Source of the DNA: Sphaerodactylus townsendi
Lineage: Eukaryota
Reading direction: 5' to 3'
Length of the DNA: 64,000 bases
Assembly: GCF_021028975.2 (NCBI RefSeq)
Contig: NC_059425.1
Span: 171,554,001-171,618,000, forward strand
The position numbers were made by a program, and so were the translations under genes. Of the stretch, positions 11,732-24,797 are shown one piece after another. Numbering within the stretch: position 1 is the first letter of the stretch; each line of letters begins with the position of its first letter. The notes below the pieces were generated by a model that was not told where the DNA came from, ran no database searches, and saw nothing but the letters and a program-made list of their open reading frames with translations.

Positions 11732-12261
11732 CAGTGATGGCGAACCTATGGCACGGGTGCCAGAGGTGGCACTCAGAGTCCTCTCTGTGGGCACGCACAA
11801 ACAGAGTTCATCATGTGGGGGGAAAATCGCCCCCCCACACACACACATCTAGGCAGGCCAGGGCTGCTGGGCTCAATTATTAGCATTAAACCTAAGGCCT
11901 AGTTTTGGGGTAGCAGTGTAGGTAACCCTGTTAAGCGCTGTTAAACCCCACTGATTTTCATGCGTCGAACTAAAGCACAATCCTTTACCTGGGAGTAAGC
12001 TTGGTTGCTGGCAATGGGGCTTGCTTCTGAGTAAACCCTCCTATGGTCGTGATTCACCCGGAAGAGCATGGTTGCTTCAAAGCAAAGCCAACAACTGCCG
12101 CCAAGCTTACTCCCGAGTAACACATGCCTCGGAGCCAACCGTTTTTCCTAAACTGAAATCTCAGTATTCGGGTTAAATTGCCATGTTGGCACTTTGCGAT
12201 ACATAAGTGGGTTTTGGGTTGCAGTTTGGGCACTCGGTCTCGAAAAGGTTCGCCATCACTG
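11732..12261 (+). mobile_element. ~530-bp non-autonomous hAT transposon (TIR CAGTGATGGCGAACCT)
   Basis: 16-bp TIRs, perfect 8-bp TSD gtgtaata; five copies in the window. Confidence 0.85.
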
Positions 12262-13273
12262 GTGTAATATTTGTGACAGTACCTGTTGTACACCTGCCTT
12301 GATTATCATACGGCCAGGCATTTTTACACAGGGGAACATTAAACACTGTACCTGCCTTCTGATGTGGCAGTTTGGGATTCTGTTGTGTCAGTCTACCATC
12401 AAATTTTCCTGCATTTGTAGACCAGCACTCTGTCTAAAAAAGAGGAGTGCTTTAGCAGTAGCACACTTCTCCTCGGGGTCCATCCTCTTGAAGTGCATTC
12501 TATCTGCTCGACCCAAGCCCCACTCATTGAAGTTCCACATCCAGGACATGAAACCTAAATGAAATATTTATGTTTAGAGGCTGTAAACTTTTGCACACCA
12601 GATGGGGACAAGCAACAGGAAAGGATGTTGCTTTCATGTCTGCCTGCAGTCTCCCCTAGGGCATCTGTTGCTTCCCTGTAATAAACTTTGTTACACACAG
12701 AATTCCACTGATGAAGCTTAAGCCGCAGATATTAGTGTGGTTTATATCCATATTTCAATGGGTTTGGCTTCTGCACCACACAGGTTTGCATCAAGGATGC
12801 CAGGACCCATTCCAGAAGTACCCAAAAAAAATTAGTAAGAATTTGAAGAGCTAATAACAGAGAGAGAGGTTACAGCATGTGGATGCTAAATGAATTTGGC
12901 AGAAAGATAGATCAGGAAGGAAAACAACAAGAAATGGCCACGGCTAGGAAATGGGGTTATGGTAGCAAAGGAGGACTCAATGACACTAATCTAGCCCACC
13001 ACAGATAACAAGGTAAACATGGAGAACGAAGAAAATTTAGAGAGAAAAAAATTAGGACCTTTGCATATTATTGAATTATATGTTCAAGGTTAACAGGGGA
13101 CTGACAACCTTATTACCTTTTAAAGGCTGAAAGTCCTGGTAAGAGCTTGAAATACTGTGATGGACAATCCAATAGATTGAAAACCCTACATTACTGAAGA
13201 AATGTATGTGGCTAACTTAAAGATGGCTACAAATACATTTGCCTACAAGAAATGAGAGGTTGATAGGAGAGGG

Positions 13274-13432
13274 CAGTGGCGTAGCACCAACAGGATAGGG
13301 GGGGGCGACGCCCCAGGCGAAGCCGCAGTGGGGGGGGTGGCATTCTGGGGGCATTCCGGGTTGGGCGGCGCCGTGGCAGGGGCACAGGGTACACGTGTGC
13401 CCCAGGCACAGTTTCCCCTTGCTCCGCTCCTG
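13274..13432. mobile_element. GC-rich hAT-type MITE
   Basis: cagtggcgtagc...gctccgctcctg ends, TSD ggagaggg/tgagaggg. Confidence 0.6.
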
Positions 13433-14095
13433 TGAGAGGGGGTGGGAATCAATCATTTCTTGACTTAGCAATTTGAGATCTGCTTCAGAACTCTTCCCAC
13501 TTGCATTATGTCTTACACAGCTGCCAGAGGTAAGCTAGAGGCATCATATTTAGTTTGCTTTAACTTTTGTAAACATCTCATGTTAATGCAGTAGCCTGAG
13601 ATGTCACACTTCCAACAAACCAGAGAAATGGCAAGTTGTGTGCCCTGATTTAAGCTTCAGAATCTAATTGCATACCGGAACCACAGGCTATCATTACTGG
13701 GTATTGGATAAGGCTGGGGCTCTGCTACAGGGTCCACTTTCAACATCAAGAAACTATAATCGTAAGGGTGGATGGAAGGGTTCCTGGTGCAAAGATTCTC
13801 CGAACACCAAGGATATGGACGAAGGGCTTCCGGATCAGAGGATGGGAGTTCATCCCAGACTTGAGCCGTGGCATATTATGCTTGAGAAATTAAACACTGG
13901 AAATGGAATGTCGTAAGCAAAGGAAGAAAGAACACAAGATGTTTCAGTGATTTCACTCTGCTGGGCAGAAATAAGCAGTTGTTAACAGCACTGGGCTGTC
14001 CCATTTTTGTAGCTTTGGGACAAGTGTTCTTAACCACTGGAAAGACCATCGCCAAATGGAAGTGAGTGGATTCACAGGCAATTAGCTTAAAATTA

Positions 14096-14101
14096 TTTAT
14101 T
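14096..14101 (-). promoter_or_regulatory. Candidate SPATA24 polyadenylation signal (AATAAA)
   Basis: tttatt on the plus strand ~530 nt past the SPATA24 stop. Confidence 0.35.
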
Positions 14102-14628
14102 TGTAAATTTCAGTGCACTGATTCCATTCGATGTTGACAATAGCTAAAACTTCACTACCTGTCTTTCAAGCCATCTTTTTCATTTTCCAGAGAAGAATGA
14201 ATGGAACCTAAGAGTCACACCAGACTGCCACTTGACAGATTACAAGATAGCTCTCAGCCAGAATCCCTTAAATGTACCTGTATCAGGAATGAGTTTAAAT
14301 AATTTGCAGAAAGATCCACAACATAATTAGACTATGTAGATTGGTGCACAGATGGTCTCAAGATCATCTGGATATATGCCCTAAATATGAGGGGCCCAAT
14401 TCTGCAATCCCTGTCGATCTCAACTTATATACAAAACATGCCAGTTTAAGACTGGGACCTGGTGGATAAGTACGGACAGACTACATGCTTCTAGCGAGCG
14501 TTACCCATAGGGATTATGCTGGATATTACTGTTTGGAGGTGAACATCTAAATGGTTTCTTTACCTACAAACAACAGAATTTCTTCATGAGAAAACTGATA
14601 GACAACATATAAGGGAATGCTGCTAGAG

Positions 14629-14719
14629 TTACTTAACACTCTTCTTGGGTTTTTCCCTGAGCACTTTTGAAATGTAATACTCCTGTTGTTTTTGTATTTT
14701 CAAGTCAGATGCTTGTTTC
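14629..14719 (-). CDS. SPATA24: SPATA24 coding exon 6 (last)
   Basis: ttgcag acceptor; KQASDLKIQKQQEYYISKVLREKPKKSVK* resembles human NHMSDFRIQKQQESYMAQVL; phase fits exon 5. Confidence 0.9.
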
Positions 14720-15160
14720 CTGCAAAAACAAAACAAAAACTGCAATGGAGAAGTTGCAACAATAGATCACAAAACACATATCACATCATTTTCTTCACAA
14801 AGATTCATCAGGCACATCCAAATAAAGCAGTCCTTATTCAACTCTGGAACTGCTTTCATACATCAAGAAGTTCAATGGGAGTCACCAGGAATAAGTTGGA
14901 CTCACAGAATAATCCCTCCATGCATATTAATAATTTTAAAAATAAATATTTATTATTTTATTTTATTTGGTTTCTATACTGCCCCTCCCCTTTTGCATTC
15001 AGTGTGGTTTCCAACACTTCAGCATGTATAGGCAAATTGACATCAGGACCTTGCAGAACATTCACACCAATTGTACAATGACAACTCAATACTGAACCAA
15101 ACTGTAACCAGTAGAAAAGCAACCTATGCTTCCTTCTTAATATACCTTTAAGAATACTAC

Positions 15161-15496
15161 GATACTCTGTTCTACAGAAAGATGATATTAGGGTTGTATA
15201 TTCCCCTGCCAAAGAACAAAGAATGCCAGACATTCTTTGTTGTACGATGCTCCGTCTGGGTTCTAGTGCCTACCTAGCCCTGCCCGTCCATTTGAAAGTA
15301 AACATACATTTTGGCATACATGCTCTTGTATCAAAGTACCATGTTCGGTAATGTACAAAATAAGGGTTTTGACAAAGGCAGTACATAAAAGTGAATGATA
15401 ATTCTCACATTCGTTTGGAATTATTCTAATGCGGAGGCATATAATTTTCTCCACCAATGCCCCTCAACTGACCAAGCCATCATCTTTCTGTGGAAC
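15161..15496. mobile_element. ~330-bp element with terminal inverted repeats (MITE-like, family unassigned), copy 1
   Basis: gttctacagaaagatgat...atcatctttctgtggaac TIR; clearly homologous to 52049-52379. Confidence 0.6.
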
Positions 15497-16332
15497 AAAC
15501 AACCTGTCTCACTTTACTAGCATAAGAAGAACTGCTGACTGTTACGTTTAAGAAAATAGGAAAATAATGCCAGACTCCAGATGGTATTCTGGGGATCCAC
15601 CAGAATTATAGCTCATCTCCAGACTACAGAGATCAGTTCCCCTGAAGAAAATGGCCATTTTGGAGGGTGGACTGTATGGTATGAGACCCCGCCTGAAATC
15701 CCTGTCCTCCCCATGCTCCATTTCCAGATCTTCAGGAGTTTCTCAGGCTGGATATGGCAACCCCACACCCCCATTCCCTACTGGTGGCCATGGCGACTCT
15801 CGTTATGAGGTGAGGAATGCAGACTTTTGGAGGCTTCAGTTAAAAGCTCAGATAACCGTGCTAGCTCAGCACAACCTTCCTTGACTTGGTCAAACATTCC
15901 CCTTGATTCTTTACTTGGCATTCACTGACATTGCTACACTGCGGTTCATTCCCCCTTCAGACGCTGGACATACCTTGTTTCAGGTGGGAGAATAATAAAG
16001 AGAAAAGAACCATCATGCTATCTCTGTCAAAGCGTGATGGACTAAATACAAAGGTCAGTGGTTGACGGAAGGCACTTCCACACACAGAACAGAACTTTCC
16101 TGCCTCTCTGTTGCTGCTGATGCCCATTGAAGCTTCCCATAATGCTGTTCCTGGGGGGGACGGGACCTTACTAACAGAACAAGATATGAACTGGTGGTCT
16201 ACAGTGAGAGTAGGGGAACTGGCTAGAATTGCATCCTATCTGCTGCTGACGGAAAAGGCCTTTTGGTTCCAATGCATGCATTTTCAATTAATTGTCTAAA
16301 AGTACTGACAGACAAGCAGATGAAACACTTAC

Positions 16333-16435
16333 TTCAAGGTTTGCTTCTGTTTGTTTATGAAGTGCTGCAGCTCCTTTATCTCATTGTTTTTAGAGTTCAG
16401 AATGTCTTCCTGTTTCTGAATATGGCTCTCAATTT
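16333..16435 (-). CDS. SPATA24: SPATA24 coding exon 5
   Basis: EIESHIQKQEDILNSKNNEIKELQHFINKQKQTLK; AG and GTAAGT ends; 103 nt. Confidence 0.95.
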
Positions 16436-16554
16436 CTGTAAGAGACATTTGAAAGAGAAAAAAAACACAGCTTCAAACTTTCTGCATGCTAAACCTGAAG
16501 AACTCAGGGCAGATGGCAAGCATATGCACATATCATGATTAATAATGTCTTTAT

Positions 16555-16880
16555 TTTGTTGAAGGCTTTCACAGCCGGAATCACTGGGGTGCTGTGTGGT
16601 TTCCGGGCTGCATGGCCGTGTTCTAGCAGCAATCTCTCTTGACGTTTTGCCTGCGTCTGTGGCTGGCATCTTCAGAGGATCTGATGGTAGGAAAACAAGT
16701 GGAGTATATATACCTGTTGGAGTGTCCAGAGTGGGGGAAAGAACCATTGTCTGTTACATGTGTTGAGTGGTATCCACACATTAGCATGTGAGTAACAATG
16801 AAGATAGCAAAGTCACTAGGTGAGGGCATCTGAATAGAAGTAGCCTGTCCTTTGTTCTCTTTAATTGTATTACTGCCTAT
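16555..16880 (-). mobile_element. Penelope-like element terminus with an inactivated hammerhead motif
   Basis: Same pLTR as 7936-8070; core CUGAAGA intact but GAAA changed to AAAA (motif 16639-16680); right boundary approximate. Confidence 0.6.
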
Positions 16881-17634
16881 AGTCTATAGGTTCTTTCCCC
16901 CACACAAAACAAGGCACCAGTATCTTGTACAATGGCTGAACAGAGTATTTGGGCAGATCCCATTACCTAGGCAGGGAGTGACCCAGACTCAGGATAAAGA
17001 GGGACTACACTCTCATTGTGCCCCGCCAGCATGGGCCAATACGCTGGCAGGGACTGATGGGAATTGTAGTCCATAACATCTGGAGTGCCAAAGGTTCGCC
17101 ACCACGGACCTAAAGCCACACCCAAGTTTGCTATCAGCTGTTTTCTCAATAGCAAACTGCAGCCAATTATGGCTACGTAATACATGTCAGCAAACATGTG
17201 ATAATTGCAGGGATGTAGGTAAGGGGGGATTCACGGGTTCAAACCCCCCCATTACATGTCCAAAGAAAATTGTCTCTGGGTGCCCCTCCCTGGGCATGGC
17301 CACACCTTCCTATGTCCCACCCCCCAGCCTCAGTGCTTATAAAAGCAGCTCTCCAAGGCCGGTACCCGTAGTCTCTTCTGGCTTTCCCGGTGAGAAGAGC
17401 AAAAGGGACTGCCAGCTGCGAGCCCGGGTAGGGGTGGAGTCCTAGTGTGGTAGAGCTTGGGGAAGCCCTGCCCTGAGCCTCGCCTCCTGAACCCACCCCA
17501 TTAAAAATGTACACCTATGTCACTGGTGTATTCATATTTTCCACCACCAGGTATAAACTTAAGACATCTCAGGGATGCATCTAGAAATGTAACATGACAC
17601 ACTTTCACACAACAAAGTAATCTAGCAAACCTAC

Positions 17635-17705
17635 CCGTACATTTGCTTTTCAGTTTGTCTTTTTGGATTGACTCCTTCAGCGCTTTGTTTTTCACATTGG
17701 AAAGT
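17635..17705 (-). CDS. SPATA24: SPATA24 coding exon 4
   Basis: LSNVKNKALKESIQKDKLKSKCT; 71 nt; canonical splice sites. Confidence 0.95.
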
Positions 17706-19104
17706 CTACAACAGAAGCAACAACAAAAACCTGTACAGTCGGAAAACACACCCTGCACCTTTCCTTTAAGCTTTTCCTATGATATCATAATTATTTCACA
17801 ACTGACATTCTTCACAGGATCATACATTGGTCAGAGTTTTTTTAAATATCACTGGTGGACTGATCTTGCTCAGGGAAAGGGATCCTTGATATTGGTTGGT
17901 TTTAGCACCCCTAACATTATGTAGGCACGAGCACTTATATATTGCTGTAAAAGTTATGACCTAGAGAAATCTATTAGAAAGTTTGTTGAATACACCTGTG
18001 GGTATCTTATTTCAAGTGTGGCTTCAGCTATGTTCAGAGGATGCAGCTAAATAATATTCACAAAATCCATGGGTAGGAAGTTCTGTGTGTGTTAGTGGCA
18101 GCTTTGAATTCTGGGCAAGTAGGTCTAAAGAAAGGGGGTGTTCGCTCCTTTGTTCCCAAGCCATTTCCCTTGTATAAATTCTACCTCCTGCAGCTGTCAA
18201 TATCTCTGAAGCAGAAAAGTATATACATCATTTTTGAATAGTGCCTCTTCCCCAATCTTCAAAGTTGTTGGGGGATAATTATGGTTTTTTTTACATGACA
18301 AGAGAGTCTAATCCCAGATTGTCCATGTTAGATCATGTTGCTCATAGGCATCATTAAGATTAATTTCCTGTGCACTCCCTTCCCCTCATTGGAATCATTC
18401 TGAAATATTTCTCCAGGTTATTTTACGGCTAAAGAAATGCTGCCGCTCGTGTAATTGACACTGCTCTTAAAACTTCTCTCATTTAAATGAAATACCTTCT
18501 GCAACCAATAAAGGGGCCTGTTCCTGGAAACTAGTAATCAGCCTAGTTGTCGAATCAGGTTTCTCCAGATGTTCACGGACTACAAATGCCATCAGGCCCT
18601 GTCAGCATGGCCAATTGGGAATTGTAGTCCATGAACATCTGGAGAGCCGCAGGTTGCAGACCCCTGAGGCGTTCTAAAAGTCTAGAGCCCATGCTCATTG
18701 TATGGAAATTGTTTTGTTGTGAACAATTGCTGTAAGCCGCCTGAAGCCTGCTTAGGGGGAAGGGTCGCACACAAAAACAATAAATAAGATTAATAATTAT
18801 TATTATTATTATCGCAACGAGGCACCTTTGTGAATTAAAAATTGTGGCACTGATGGTTACTCTCCAAGTTCCGCGAAGAACTAGAAGTAGCTTTTTAAAA
18901 AAGGAAGCAACAATATTTCCCAAAGTTTATCACACCTCGTTTAACATACTGATTTTTCATGTAAAGTTCTGAATGCCAGCATGGAGCAGATGGGAGGCTT
19001 GCGCAGCCTGCTATGAAATTCACTGCATTTTTCAGAGCAGTTGTGGTGGCTGTATTTCTCAAAAGAGCCAGGAACATAGGGGTTTGAGTACAATCACACT
19101 TGAG

Positions 19105-20040
19105 CACTGGCGTAATGCCCATTGGGCAAGGTGGGCAGCTGCCCAGGCATCACTCATGGGGTAATCAAAATGCTGGGTCTCGCTTTTGGCATTTTAGTGG
19201 TTTTCTCCATTTTGGGTCTGCAGGGGCGCAGTTTTAGTCTAGTGGCACTAAAATTTCAGCGTATCATCAGGAGACACCCATATGCTATTCCCCCCAAGTT
19301 TGGTGAGGTTTGTCTAGGGAGTCCAAAGTTATGGACCTCCTGCAGTGCTCTATCCCCCATTGTTTCCAATGGGAGAAAATAGGAGATGGGGGCTACAGTT
19401 TTGAGGGTCCATAACTTGGGGCCCCCTGAACCAAACTGCACCAAACTTAGGGGATATCATTAGGGCAGTCTCCTGATGAGACCCGGAAAGTTTTGAGACT
19501 GGGCCTTCAGAAATGTGCCCCCATTGTGCAACCCCTCTGGCTTGACAGCAATGCAGAAAACCAATGCAGAACAAAGATTCTTGGGCAAATTTCTAGGATG
19601 TTCCCAAGTAGGTGCATTTTGATGTATCGGCACCAAAATTTCAGGGTAATCATCTGGAGATGATGGCAACTCCCCCAAGTTTGGTGCAGTTTGGTTCAGG
19701 GGGGCCAAAGTTATGGATTCTCAAAACTGTAGCCCCCATCTCCTATTAGCTCCCATTGGAAACAATGGGGGATGGGGCACCCCCTTTGGGAGTCCATAAC
19801 TTTGGACTCCTTGAACCAAACCTCACCAAACTTGGGGAGTAGCATAAGGACAGTCTCCTGATGATATGCTGAAATTTCGGTGCTGATATGTCTAAAGATG
19901 CACCCCCTGCAGGCACCAATGTCCTGGTGCAAAAAAAAATTGGTTGTGGTGGAGTGGCTGCCCAATTGGGGGGGGGGGGCATCCAACTCAGGTTTTGCCC
20001 AGGGCTACAGTTTGCCCAGGGCTGCCTCATTACGCCCCTG
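19105..20040. mobile_element. ~940-bp non-autonomous hAT-type element with internal tandem subrepeats
   Basis: Ends cactggcgtaatg / cattacgcccctg; perfect 8-bp TSD cacttgag; recurring ccaaagttatgga and cccattgtttccaatggg units. Confidence 0.75.
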
Positions 20041-20919
20041 CACTTGAGTGAAACAAAACTGCCCTCCCCAAATAGTGACCTGGTTAAGATTACTCATACA
20101 GGATCCACATGGCTTTTCTGTTCAGACATCCGATATTAATGAGGATATCTTCAGAAAAACTGCCAGCTGTTTTCCCTGTCAACTGGGAAGCAAATTACCC
20201 AGCTTTATGTGGACTTATTCACAATGGTCTCACTTTGCCCCAAAGCTGCAATCCTGCGTGTATTTACTTAGCGCTTCATTCCGCTAAACAAAATGGGACA
20301 CGTTTCAGGATAAACAAGAACGGGATCAGACTGAAATTCTAAATGCACTTTTAAAATCATAAATCCCACTGAAGTCAATGGTGCTTTATACCAGAGGCTT
20401 ATAGGCACAACCGTTCTCTTAGATGTGAGAGTGGGCAGGGGGAAAACTCTCCACCCCCTCAGAATAGCTGCTACAACAACTGGAGAACTCTCCAAGAGCA
20501 ACAGGACAGTTGGTTACAGCACGTGCTAGGACTTAGCTTCTTCCTCCTTTCCATCTTCTAAATGCACAGTAATAGAGCAGATAATGGAATGCAGCTGCTC
20601 TTCTCCAGTGCTAGGACTGTTTGTTCCTGCCTCCGAAGCACATAAGAGGGAAGGCTACTGAAGCTGTCCCTCCCTTGGTAAGTGCCAGCAGCAGTGGCAA
20701 ACAGTTCTAGTTTGAGAGAAGAACTGTTGGATTCTGGCCTGCTTCCAGTTCTAGCATGGCCTGTATGAAGGTTGATGGCCTCAAGAAACTGGCTAGCAAT
20801 CAATGGGGCCCATAACTGACGCTGTACCCATTCCTATGGTATTAGAAACAACTTTTTTTAAAAAACAGCCACTCTCTAAACCAGCTTTCTCCAGACACTT
20901 CTCCAATGTACAATCATAC

Positions 20920-21050
20920 GCATTATCAAACGCTTGTTTCTCTCTCTTAAGTTGATTCGACAGAACTTCAATCTCCCCCAGGGCAAACTCCAGCTGTTCA
21001 GATTCCTTAGCCAGATTTCTCTTGGTCTTTGCATGTTCTTCTACTTCCTC
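20920..21050 (-). CDS. SPATA24: SPATA24 coding exon 3
   Basis: EEVEEHAKTKRNLAKESEQLEFALGEIEVLSNQLKREKQAFDN matches human AHAKTKVLLAKEEEKLQFALGEVEVLSKQLEKEK; 131 nt. Confidence 0.95.
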
Positions 21051-21389
21051 CTATAAATCGAAATACAGTTGAAGAATGTAAGTTACTAAATTGCTGAACA
21101 GATTTCATTTGCCAACGAAGCAACGCAGGTAGTAGATTCTGGTTGTTATCTGCTGTCACAGCCCCTGGTATTTAAAAGTACTTTCCCACCTTCAGTACCA
21201 CTTTATTTATGATCCAATTTTCAACAGAATCTAAATATTGAAAACCTATAGGAAACCTAGACAGAAGTGTTCTAGAGCCCTTCGGGGATCGGGCGGTATA
21301 AAAATCTAATAAATAAATAAATAAAAATAAATAAACCTGTGTAAAAATTGGTAAGGCTATGTAACCACTGCAGATAAAAAGCAACTTAC

Positions 21390-21455
21390 CTCTAGCTTCT
21401 CGACAATAGCCTCATATTCCACCCTGCTAACAGAATTCTCCTCCAGTACTGTAAT
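21390..21455 (-). CDS. SPATA24: SPATA24 coding exon 2
   Basis: ITVLEENSVSRVEYEAIVEKLE; 66 nt; phase 0/0; GTAAGT donor. Confidence 0.92.
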
Positions 21456-22543
21456 CTATAAAAAGGACATTGCCTTTATTAAAACATTTGTACAAATGGT
21501 ATATCATTCAGGAATATGTCTGAATGTACATTATTTTTGTAGTGTGATCTTATGCAGAATATGGTATACCAAAGCCAACTGATTTCATGATTAACTTAGC
21601 AGAACCTTGGGCTGTTCAAAGGGCAATGCCAAAATAATATTTGCTCATTTGCCAGAATATGATTCATTTGTGCCCCAGATTCAGAAACTAGATCCCTGCT
21701 TTTCTACTGAAAGAGTACAAACAAAATGTCACTGCATGTCATGACAATGACTGATATTTCAGAGGAAGGTGTATGTAACCTGAATAACTAACAGTGCAGT
21801 CCTAAGGATAATTATACCCTTCTAAATCCACTAACTTCAATTAATTTTAAAAGGTGTAGTAGCTAAGAGTCCAGGTGCTAATTTAGAAAACCAGGTTTGA
21901 TTCCCCACTTCTCTATATAAAGCCTTCTGGGTGACCTTGGGCAAGGCACAATTCTCTCACAACTCCCTTCAGCCGCAGAGGCGGATAATAGCAAATCACT
22001 TCTGAAAATCTCTTGCCTTAAAACCCCTGTAGGGTCACCTTAAGTCAGCTGCGATTTGATGGCAAACTCACACACAAGTTTGTTTAGGTTTGCACTGTAA
22101 GAGCCAGTTTCCAACCGTGTCCATTCCCCCAGCAAGCATTATTCACACTGCCTCTCAAACTGGCAGCACCATTTAGCAGTTACTGCCAGCGAGCCGCCTC
22201 TCATCCGTGTATTTGCCCACTCGCCCTTTACAAAGCCCCTGACCCCAGTGCCTGCACCATATGGTTCACAAGCTTATTACAAGAGGCATGAAGACACTCT
22301 ACTTTTCCTCTGCATCAGATCTACTGATTTCTTCCCACTCCTTTTCACAAGAAAGGGGAGAACAATTGCTATATATAAACATTATTGCAAGGAGGGAGGG
22401 GTAGTAATATTCGTAAGCATGGCTGTGAAGGGCTCTTGGCTTATACTTTAACTCATCGCCAAGGGGTAACGACAGCTGCAGAGGACCAGGGAGGTCTTGG
22501 GGCTCAGGCAGCGAAAGGGACGGTGCATCTCCTTTCCCCGCAC

Positions 22544-22624
22544 CTGCTGCCTCAGCTTCTCCACCAGCACCTCCTGGGTCGCAATCACGTCTCGCAACTG
22601 CCGGAAAACCACCAGCGACGCCAT
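22544..22624 (-). CDS. SPATA24: SPATA24 coding exon 1
   Basis: aagATGg Kozak; MASLVVFRQLRDVIATQEVLVEKLRQQ resembles human QLRDVIESQEELIHQLR; six exons total 543 nt = 180 aa + stop. Confidence 0.92.
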
Positions 22625-22860
22625 CTTGCCACGGGTTTAAGCTCCGCCCTTTCAGAAGAGGCCGCGCAGCCAATCAAAACGCCCCGCGCCTCCGACGTTC
22701 GTTGATGGTGTGGAGCCGGTTGTCCATCCCGTGGTTCATGGAGAGGGGGCGGTCGCGCGCTCGGTCGTTGATGGAAGGGAGCCGGTTGCGCGCATCCTCG
22801 CGCTAGTCTTTTTCCCCTCCGTTTGCAAGCTTAAACAGTGGCGCCTAAAATGTGGATTGA
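22625..22860 (-). promoter_or_regulatory. SPATA24 CpG-island promoter
   Basis: CpG-rich; GC box ctccgccc at ~22642, CCAAT at ~22670, duplicated ggagccggttg. Confidence 0.65.
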
Positions 22861-22944
22861 CAGAGTTAAACCGGGACCTGTTTTCCTGGGTATCATACGC
22901 TTGTAATTAATAGAAAAGAAAGAGTACACGACACTTTAAATTTT

Positions 22945-23440
22945 TTGTTTTATAAATTTCTTTTTTTTATTGAGAATTTTTATTTATTTTACTCATGTAA
23001 ATAACATGTACATAGAAAGATACAGGGAAAAAAATCCCAACCTAGACCCCTCTCCGCCCTATAATAGTAATACTAAATGAAAAGGGGGAAAACATGCACA
23101 AACGCCTGCACACATATCATAATTCTAACTCAGTGCTTATAATTAATATCAACATTTTTTCCCACTTTTAGACCTTATAAAGTTGTCTTAATCCAATACA
23201 CTGTTTTAATTTAAGACTTGAATCCTGCCGTTGTTACTCTGTACATGTTTTCAATAAGTAGTCCGCAAAGGATTTCCAGTCTTTCAGAAAATTGTCCATA
23301 TTCTTGTCTCTTATAACCGCTGTCGGCCTGCACTGGCCAACTCTGCCAACTCTGTGACTTTCAAGATTCAGTCTTGTTTTGTTGGAATTTTGTTGTCCCT
23401 CCATTTGTATGTGTATAGAATCCTTGCTGCATACATTTCA
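22945..23440 (-). mobile_element. Probable L1-type LINE 3' end
   Basis: T-rich tail on the plus strand followed by decayed ORF2-like C-terminal sequence; family from pattern only. Confidence 0.4.
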
Positions 23441-23497
23441 ACTTGTGGCAGTTATCGGTTTTCCCTGAATTAAAACTGGAACTGTACTTCAGGTGTC

Positions 23498-23640
23498 GTG
23501 GATGACCCAGGCTAGACTGATCTGGTCAGATGCCAGAAGTTAAGGGAGGTTGCCCTTGGTTAGTGTTAGGACAGGAGACAGCAAAGGAATATCAGGGTCA
23601 CTTTGTCCAGGAAGGCAATGGCAAGTCCCCTGCTAGTCTG
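23498..23640 (+). mobile_element. 5S rRNA-derived SINE (SINE3-type)
   Basis: tgatctggtcagatgccagaagttaag...tggttagt resembles the 5S internal promoter region. Confidence 0.6.
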
Positions 23641-23644
23641 TGTA

Positions 23645-23835
23645 TTGTCAAAGGCTTTCATGGCCAGAATCAACTGGCTGTTGAGGCCGTGGTCTGGTAG
23701 TTTTTGCTCCTAATGTTTAGTCTAGGTACCCTGACACGCCTCTGAATTGAAGATGCCAGTCACAGATGCGGACAAAACAGTTGGAACAAAAACTGTCAGG
23801 GCAGGGCCACACAACCAGGAAAACCCACAACAGCC
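23645..23835. mobile_element. Diverged Penelope-like inverted pLTR remnant
   Basis: Same termini as 7936-8170, with a broken hammerhead-like gaagatgccagtcacagatgcggacaaaac. Confidence 0.5.
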
Positions 23836-24797
23836 ACAAGTTGGCCTCTTGCCTTGAATACCCTAAGAGGTTGTCACAAGCTGGTTGAGACTTGACAGCC
23901 AAAATAAAACCCTTGTGAAAGAACATGAAGAACACTAAGCCTGTGTTGTAGATAATGTGTGAATACCTTTCAGTGAGCCCTCAAGGCTTAAACCAGAGGT
24001 GGGATCCAACCAGTTCTCACCACTTCTCTAGATGTGGTTACTATTTTTTCCTGAGTGCCGAGAAGGGGTTACTAAAGCAACCTCCCTGCCCAGTAGGGAC
24101 TGGAGGTGCGTGTGTGCGGCGGCGCCACTGTTTGAATCCCACCACCATCGGAACCTGTTATTAAAATGTTTGGATCCCACCATTGACTTAAACCTTTCAA
24201 AGTTGTCAGCTCTGGGTTGGAAAATACCTGTAGATTTTGGGAGTGGAGCCTAAAGAGGACAGGGCAGGCCTCTGCAGGGTATAAATGACATAAAGTTCAC
24301 CCTCCACAGTAGCCATTTCTTCCAGGGAAATTGATCTTGGTCATTGGATCAGAAATCAATTGTAGTAGCAAGAGATATCCAGGTGCCACCTGGAGGCTGG
24401 CAACCTACACAAGGAAGGGACCCCCTGGCCTAGCAGGGACAACTCTGCAACTTTAAAGTGATTTAAAAATGCTGTGAAGCAGTGCAGCGAATAGAGGTGC
24501 CTTGATGATCCCACCAACACCTTCACAATTGCAAAAAATAAAGATAAAAAGCCGCTGGGGCATCCTTGTAACAGATATGAGAAAGCTGTTGTACCTGCTT
24601 TGGCCTTCACTTTGGTCTATGCAATGTTGGTTGCAGTATACCAGTTGGGGCGGATAGTATTCGCCATCTGTAAGTATTCTGTCCAATTTGGAAGGGATAA
24701 AGGGACCTATTATTGCATCTGCCAGTGTCTTGGCTACACAGCAAGACTGAGGGGTGATTTCAGAGGTAAGCTTGCTCATAACCACTAGGCCCTAGAG

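Noticed and set aside
19200-19900. Regularly recurring motifs resembling a CRISPR-like array
   Set aside because: Internal subrepeats of a TSD-flanked hAT element in eukaryotic DNA; no unique spacers
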